The notes under the pieces were generated by a model. That model was given only the letters and a program-made list of their open reading frames with translations. It was not told where the DNA came from and did no database searches. The position numbers and the translations under genes were made by a program. A stretch of DNA of 64,000 nt from an uncultured Eubacteriales bacterium (GTDB lineage: Bacteria > Acidobacteriota > Aminicenantia > Aminicenantales > Aminicenantaceae), in contig CAZIMJ010000163.1 of the NCBI GenBank assembly GCA_964540205.1, forward strand, positions 2,847 to 66,846, written 5' to 3'. Of the stretch, positions 58,379 to 64,000 are shown in pieces (position 1 is the first letter of the stretch; every line of letters begins with the position of its first letter).

Positions 58379-60172
58379 ATGAAAAAATCAATGATTTTGA
58401 TCGCAGCTTTATGTTTTTTAGTCTTTTCGACTGTGATCGGACAACAAGCGAAAGAAGAAGAGAAACCTGATCCAATGGCCAATTTTTCCCTGGTTGATGA
58501 GATCGAACCCGTACCTGAAGACGTGAAAGTGGGATTTGAATCCATCACGGGAAAAGATGCCGTCACGTATCTTAAATTTATCTCCGATGATCTCCTCGAG
58601 GGAAGAGACACCGGGAGTGATGGATATGATATTGCCGCCCTTTATGGGGCGACCATGTTCGAGCTCTGGGGCCTCAAGCCTGCAGGAGATAAAATCAAAC
58701 CCCGGATGGATATGCGCCAAATGATGATGGGCGGACAAATGGCGCAAAGCTCTAAAAGAAGCTATTTTCAGAATATTGCTATGCGGGAAACATTAGAAAC
58801 GGACGGAATGGCCATTGCCGCGTGGCAGAAAGGCCAGCAGAAAAAGACCCGGGCTTTCTCTCCGAATATCGATTATAACTATTTTGCCTCTGGATCACAA
58901 TCTCTGACGGCTCCCGTGGTCTTCGTGGGATATGGCATCCAAGAAGACTCCCTGAAATTCGACGAGTACAAGAACCTGGACGTTAAGGGTAAGTTCGTCA
59001 TGATGATTTCTGAAGCACCCGGAAAAGGCGATCCCGATTCTCCATTCAACAAGGGCGAGTTGAAAGCGAAATACTACCCTCAGCGCCGCCGCATGAGGCG
59101 GATGACAGATCCAAAAACCAACCTGGCTACCGATTTGGGGGCATTGGGTGTCCTGTTGGTTGAAAACTCACCCCAAGACAATCCAGATGCAGCACGCCAA
59201 GCTCTTGACAGACAAAAAATTTATGATGATCAACCCATAATCCCCGGTGAACGCCGAAGAATCGCGCTCATGGAGAGCAGAGGACCTCGCATGCCCTGGG
59301 ATTCAGTTGCAACAATCCGGGTCTCCAGAGAGATGGCAAACCAGATCCTGGATTATGTTGATCAGGATGTGGATACTCTCAAAGGGAAGATCGAAAAAAC
59401 ACTCCAGCCCCAATCTATGCCACTTCAGGGAGTGACATTCACCGTTAAGAGCACAGCTAAAACCAAACTCATCAACAGCATGAATGTTCTAGGATACATC
59501 GAAGGCTCTGATCCGGAACTGAAAAAGGAAGCGATCGTGATCGGCGGCCATTTGGACCACCTGGGAATGCGGGGTGATTATATTTACAACGGCGCTGACG
59601 ATGACGGCTCCGGTTCTGTCGGTGTTTTGGAGATCGCAGAAGCCTTTGCCAAAAATCCTGTTAAGCCCAAAAGGTCGATCGTGTTCGCTCTCTGGACGGG
59701 TGAAGAAAAAGGACTCCTCGGCTCAAGGTATTATGTGGCCCATCCCTTCATCGAAAAAACCTATTGTAACCTGAACCTCGATATGATCAGCCGAGAGTAC
59801 GAAAAGAGCCGGCTAGCAATGATGGCCCGGATGTTCGGGGAAAACGTTCCCAAGGAGGCATTGGAAAAAATCGATGTAAAGAAATTTGTCAGTCTCTCCT
59901 ACGACGCCGACACACCCGAGTTAGGAACAATCATAAGGGAAAATAACAACTATGTCGGCCTTCATTTAAGCATGCGTGCATCCAGTGAAGGCATGGGTGG
60001 AAGCGACCACGCACCCTTTGCCATGAACAACATCCCTTGGGCATTTTTCAATGCAGCTATGACTGAAGACTATCACCAGCCCACAGATTCGGTGGAAAAA
60101 GTGAGCCCCAAATTGATGGAAAAGATTATTCGCATCACTTATCTCACAGCACATTCATTAGCGAATAATTGA
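58379..60172 (+). CDS. M28-family aminopeptidase with PA domain, secreted
   Basis: RBS aggagg followed by ATG at 58379. Metal-ligand motifs GGHLDHLG, YNGADDDGSG and WTGEEKGLLGS. Confidence 0.75.
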   Translation: MKKSMILIAALCFLVFSTVIGQQAKEEEKPDPMANFSLVDEIEPVPEDVKVGFESITGKDAVTYLKFISDDLLEGRDTGSDGYDIAALYGATMFELWGLKPAGDKIKPRMDMRQMMMGGQMAQSSKRSYFQNIAMRETLETDGMAIAAWQKGQQKKTRAFSPNIDYNYFASGSQSLTAPVVFVGYGIQEDSLKFDEYKNLDVKGKFVMMISEAPGKGDPDSPFNKGELKAKYYPQRRRMRRMTDPKTNLATDLGALGVLLVENSPQDNPDAARQALDRQKIYDDQPIIPGERRRIALMESRGPRMPWDSVATIRVSREMANQILDYVDQDVDTLKGKIEKTLQPQSMPLQGVTFTVKSTAKTKLINSMNVLGYIEGSDPELKKEAIVIGGHLDHLGMRGDYIYNGADDDGSGSVGVLEIAEAFAKNPVKPKRSIVFALWTGEEKGLLGSRYYVAHPFIEKTYCNLNLDMISREYEKSRLAMMARMFGENVPKEALEKIDVKKFVSLSYDADTPELGTIIRENNNYVGLHLSMRASSEGMGGSDHAPFAMNNIPWAFFNAAMTEDYHQPTDSVEKVSPKLMEKIIRITYLTAHSLANN

Positions 60173-60247
60173 TCCTTGTAACGGCAACTGAACAATCTAT
60201 CAACGAAGTTTTCAGCTCCCATCACAGGCTTTGACCGCCTCAAGGAT

Positions 60248-60784
60248 GTGGGGCCCGGGGAACTTCTTCTGGATATCGGCTCCGGCTCTGGCAGAGCCCT
60301 CGATTATTTAGAGAAAAAAGGATTTACGCACGTCTTCGGGCTGGAAAACAATTTTCGGTTTCTTGAAAAAAGTCACTTCTCTGTAGTCTGTGGAAAGGGG
60401 GAACAAGCGCCCTTCAAAGATGAAAGTTTTGGCGCGGTTTTATCTATCGGGGTACTCTCTTACATTCTTGAAGACTCAAAAAGAACGCAGCTTTTAAACG
60501 AGATCCACAGGATCTTAAAGCCGTGTGGATTTTTCTTCCTGTCCTGTTTTCTGATCAGCAGCGATGAATACCATCAGAAAAAATACCGGGAAAGTCAAAT
60601 AGAATCTGTAACATACGGAATATTCGAATCAGATTCAGGGGGAATCTTTCGCCACTCTAGAGAGGACAAATTAAGAGAGCTTCTCGGCAATTTCAACATC
60701 GTCAGTTGGAGCGTTCGCCCATTCACCACCATGAACAAACGAGAGGCTTTGGGTGTTATTATCCAAGCTCAGAAGCAAAAATGA
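60248..60784 (+). CDS. Class I SAM-dependent methyltransferase (short; motif I at the extreme N-terminus, possibly 5'-truncated)
   Basis: GTG start immediately before LLDIGSGSGRAL. No in-frame ATG upstream before a stop. Confidence 0.5.
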   Translation: MGPGELLLDIGSGSGRALDYLEKKGFTHVFGLENNFRFLEKSHFSVVCGKGEQAPFKDESFGAVLSIGVLSYILEDSKRTQLLNEIHRILKPCGFFFLSCFLISSDEYHQKKYRESQIESVTYGIFESDSGGIFRHSREDKLRELLGNFNIVSWSVRPFTTMNKREALGVIIQAQKQK

Positions 60785-60811
60785 GCATTTGAGGTTATCA
60801 ATTGCTTTATA

Positions 60812-61093
60812 TAGAATCAGAAGAGATGGATTGAGCGACATAAGGGAAGATTTAGCCTTCACGAATCACCGCCGAGGGAATCCGCCGAAGGCGGGCGTCG
60901 AGGACTATATGAGCATGAGAGAAATATACATGTGTGGCACTCCTAAGTCGAAGCCTCAGACGCAAAATAAAGATAAAAAAGCGCAGATCCGCAGACGCAT
61001 AAGAACAAGAGGGGCCATCCATTTGAATATATAAATGGGTGGGAGGGCGGCGTTAAAAATGTGACGAGAGCGAAAACAGCTTCTCTGATTCTA
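60812..61093. repeat. Long-hairpin element copy B, interrupted by a ~230-bp insertion
   Basis: The 5' arm is tagaatcagaagagatgga and the 3' arm is gagcgaaaacagcttctctgattcta. Both match the intact hairpin at 63296..63338. The insert is flanked by the direct repeat gagcga. Confidence 0.55.
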
Positions 61094-61107
61094 TCCTGTT
61101 GAGTGAA

Positions 61108-62058
61108 TTAGTAATTCTTTTTCAGGTCCATGCCTGAATAGAGTCGACCGACCTCATCAGCGTAACCATTGAACATCAAAGTCGTGCGCTTGCCTTCTTC
61201 TCCGATCCGTCTCTCTCTCGCCTGGCTCCAGCGAGGATGTTTTACATCGGGATTAACATTTGCATAGAATCCATATTCTCTTGAGTTTACCTTCCGCCAG
61301 CTTGTCTTTGGCATCTTTTCAACAAAGCGGATCTTTGCGATGGACTTTGCACTCTTGAATCCATACTTCCATGGGACGACGATCCGGATGGGCGCTCCGT
61401 TCTGATTCGGGAGACACTCTCCATACAGGCCTACAGCCATTAGGGCGAGTGGATGTAAAGCCTCGTCCAGCTGCAAAGCTTCAGTGTAAGGCCAATCGAG
61501 AACACGTGTGCGCTGGCCAGGCATTTGTTCAGGCGCATAAACAGTCTCGAACTCAACGAACTGTGCCTTTGATGTTGGCCGACACTTCTTTACGAAATCG
61601 GCAAGGGGAAATCCTATCCATGGGATGACCATGGACCATGCCTCCACACAACGCCATCGCTAAATGCGTTCTTCAAGAGGGAACATGCTTGTGAGCTCAT
61701 CGATATCGAATGTAATTTTATCCTCGACCAATCCTTCCACAGAAAGAGACCAAGGCCGCGTGCGGAAATCGCGACTGAGCTCTTTGACAGACCTTTTTCC
61801 GGTGGAGAATTCATAGAAATTTGTATACGTCGTTGCTCCCTCATAGGGAGTCAATCTGTCCTGGACAACATATTCTCCTCTTTTCTCCACTGTGAGTTTT
61901 TGCCCTTGTCGAGAATCTTTCTGGAAATAAGAGCGTGGGAGGAACAATCCGCTGGCTGCCAAAGAGGCTGAACCGGCAAGGAATTGGCGGCGATTCATAT
62001 AAAGCTTTTTATCGGTGATCTCCGAATACTTGATCGATTGCGCCTTTTTGATCAGCAT
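61108..62058 (-). pseudogene. msrP: msrP (YedY-like periplasmic protein-methionine-sulfoxide reductase Mo-subunit) interrupted by one in-frame TAG
   Basis: The N-terminal ORF (Tat signal NRRQFLAGSASLAASG, …PLEERI*) and the C-terminal ORF ([18 protein letters not shown]…) are in the same frame. They are separated only by TAG at 61660-61662, at the position of a conserved Tyr. Confidence 0.7.
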
Positions 62059-62239
62059 GGATACCCTCCGGTCAAACTCAATGCTCTATCTTGAGAACTT
62101 TATACCACAGTCATTGAGTGCAGTCAAAACAGACTGTTTGTAGAGACCTTAAGCAGAGAAATTCAATAGCCACACATTGACTCATAGCCCAGTATGTTCT
62201 ATACTATATATATAGATTTTATGTAATCCAGGAGGTGTC

Positions 62240-63280
62240 ATGAGTCAAAAAATCGGCGGAATAATCGTGATCCTGATCCTGTTTATAGGATGGAACATCG
62301 TGACATCAAATGCCAGGGATAATGTTCCTTCGGAACTAATTCTGGATGGAGAGACAAAAATGGTCAAAAAAATCATAAGATCCGAGGAAGAGTGGAAAAA
62401 GAGATTGACACCCGAGCAGTACCGCGTTCTGAGAAAAAGCGGTACAGAGCGGGCTTTCACCGGGAAATACAACGATTTTTATGAGGAGGGAATCTACACA
62501 TGTGCCGCTTGTGGCACTCCCCTTTTTTGTTCCGATACAAAATACGACCATGGGACAGGATGGCCGAGCTTTACTGCGACTTTCGAAGAAAACAATGTCG
62601 AATACAGAGCTGACTATTCTCTTTTGATGAAGAGGACCGAAGTGAGATGCAGCGTTTGCGGTTCGCATCTTGGCCATGTGTTTGATGATGGACCATCCCC
62701 CACTCATAAACACTTCTGCATCAATTCTGTGGCACTGGATTTCACATCGAAAGACACTGTATCTACATCAACGGTCTCATCCATAGGTCAAGAGTATGTT
62801 CAGGAGAAAAAAACTGTGTCAGAGCCTGCCACCTTTGCCGCGGGATGTTTCTGGAGTGTTGAGTATAAGTTCGGCCAGTTGAAGGGTGTTCTCTCCACAG
62901 CGGCCGGTTATTCAGGAGGAGAAGTCAAAAATCCCACTTACAAACAAGTTTGTTCAGACGAAACAGGGCACGCAGAAGCGGTGCACATCACCTATGATCC
63001 CGCAGAAATCACCTTTGAAGAGCTCTTGGCCTTTTTCTTCAAAATCCACGACCCTACACAGCTCAACAGGCAGGGACTTGATGTAGGTTCTCAATACAGG
63101 TCAGCCATCTTCTATCACGATGAGACACAGAAGAAGGCCGCTCTAAAGGTCATCGAAGATCTGAATACATCCGGACGTTATAAAAAGCCCATAACGACTC
63201 AAGTCGTCCCCTATTCTGAATTCTACAAGGCCGAGGAATGCCACCAGAAATACCACGAAAAACTGAGAAAAAAGTACTGA
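62240..63280 (+). CDS. msrAB: Bifunctional peptide-methionine sulfoxide reductase MsrB-MsrA with N-terminal membrane anchor
   Basis: MsrB zinc/catalytic motifs CAACGTPLF…RCSVCGSHLGHVFDDG. MsrA active site GCFWSVE. RBS aggagg. Confidence 0.85.
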   Translation: MSQKIGGIIVILILFIGWNIVTSNARDNVPSELILDGETKMVKKIIRSEEEWKKRLTPEQYRVLRKSGTERAFTGKYNDFYEEGIYTCAACGTPLFCSDTKYDHGTGWPSFTATFEENNVEYRADYSLLMKRTEVRCSVCGSHLGHVFDDGPSPTHKHFCINSVALDFTSKDTVSTSTVSSIGQEYVQEKKTVSEPATFAAGCFWSVEYKFGQLKGVLSTAAGYSGGEVKNPTYKQVCSDETGHAEAVHITYDPAEITFEELLAFFFKIHDPTQLNRQGLDVGSQYRSAIFYHDETQKKAALKVIEDLNTSGRYKKPITTQVVPYSEFYKAEECHQKYHEKLRKKY

Positions 63281-63295
63281 AACCTTGTCAGAATA

Positions 63296-63338
63296 TAGAA
63301 TCAGAGAAGATGGAGCGAAAACATCTCCTCTGATTCTA
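63296..63338 (+). terminator. Long hairpin (11-bp stem tagaatcagag/ctctgattcta) downstream of msrAB; intact copy A of the hairpin family
   Basis: tagaatcagagaagatggagcgaaaacatctcctctgattcta. Confidence 0.55.
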
Positions 63339-63383
63339 GCCCTGAAGATATTACTAATTGTGACAAATCCTGGTGGGACAGTG

Positions 63384-64000
63384 TCAGTGAATGTTCAGTT
63401 TCACGAATTTTGATTCCCATGGTTTTATGTGGATCGATTCCCCAGGCTCTCCGATAATCTCCTCAATAACATTAACTTCGGTCAGGGCCTGTCTCCGGGA
63501 ATCTACGAATGGTAGGACGACGCTCAGTTCCGCGGATATTCCGTCTGTTTCCCGGAAATGCAGGATGATGCCCTCTCCATCCTGGGAGGGTTTTGCACTC
63601 ACGAGAAGGATGTTATCTTGATTTGTTTTTAGTAGCGACTTTGTAAAGGGGGCTTTTGAAGATTTCCCCCGTGGAAAAACTCTCGAGAGAAGTGGGACTC
63701 GCGAATTCCAGCTGAATCGGGTTGCATAAAAGTTGGACCTGTTTTTGGTGGACGTCAAAAAGTATTTCCACTTGAACTTACCTTCCTGGCTGGCACGGAA
63801 ATTCGTAACCCAATAGTTATTCATCACCCAGGAATACACATGAGGGACTAAGATCTGGGCTATATACTGGAACTTACCAAGGTTGATATCCCCGAAATGC
63901 ACAAGAGGGATCTCATCGCTGCCTAGGATATATTGACTATCAGATCCACGGACAGCCACAAAATTTTGAACTGCATGCCAATCTGCAGAAGTCCCTTCCA
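63384..64000 (-). CDS. Hypothetical protein, partial (reading frame stays open upstream to the window edge)
   Basis: ORF runs off the 3' end of the window. No confident domain assignment. Confidence 0.3.
   Translation of the reverse strand, partial: EGTSADWHAVQNFVAVRGSDSQYILGSDEIPLVHFGDINLGKFQYIAQILVPHVYSWVMNNYWVTNFRASQEGKFKWKYFLTSTKNRSNFYATRFSWNSRVPLLSRVFPRGKSSKAPFTKSLLKTNQDNILLVSAKPSQDGEGIILHFRETDGISAELSVVLPFVDSRRQALTEVNVIEEIIGEPGESIHIKPWESKFVKLNIH

Noticed and set aside
60753-61034. 93-aa ORF across the hairpin-insert region
   Set aside because: It starts inside the upstream methyltransferase gene and crosses the hairpin arm. Only the internal 41-codon K/R-rich ATG ORF is noted as a possibility in the findings.

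Overview
This is a gene-dense bacterial contig with no rRNA, tRNA or CRISPR array detected by eye. It is dominated by secreted or exported hydrolases and a periplasmic redox module.

**Content.** Peptidase families S10, tricorn/S41, S28-like, S9, C69, S8 and M28 are all present. There is also a beta-lactamase-like serine hydrolase, a Cys-type sulfatase, an amidohydrolase, and a large protein carrying BNR (Asp-box) repeats. The redox module comprises a two-subunit IorAB-type molybdenum hydroxylase, a twin-arginine-signal aldo/keto reductase fused to an Fe-S domain, a pyrophosphate-dependent-type phosphofructokinase, and a methionine sulfoxide repair pair (msrP next to msrAB). Four paralogous large FtsX/MacB-type permeases are present, one of them paired with a PadR regulator.

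**Most notable findings.**
- An unannotated 59-aa ORF at 34795..34974 (-) matches the archaeal HMfB histone fold over helix 2, loop 2 and helix 3. It sits in a 574-bp 'intergenic' gap and is a candidate bacterial histone.
- A TPR-CHAT caspase-like protein lies next to an ECF sigma/anti-sigma pair. That pair faces a four-gene operon of small secreted proteins carrying a sigmaE-like promoter.
- msrP is interrupted by a single in-frame TAG.

**Repeats and decay.** A palindromic REP-like element occurs four times in terminator regions. A roughly 105-nt element is conserved upstream of two operons. A family of long hairpins has one copy carrying a roughly 230-bp insertion flanked by a 6-bp direct repeat. 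The FtsX paralogues share a 3'-end/terminator module. A 36-nt (GAT)12 microsatellite encodes a poly-Asp tail on a TerB-like protein. There is also a gene-decay hot spot holding DASS-transporter, S15/CocE-hydrolase and amidohydrolase remnants.
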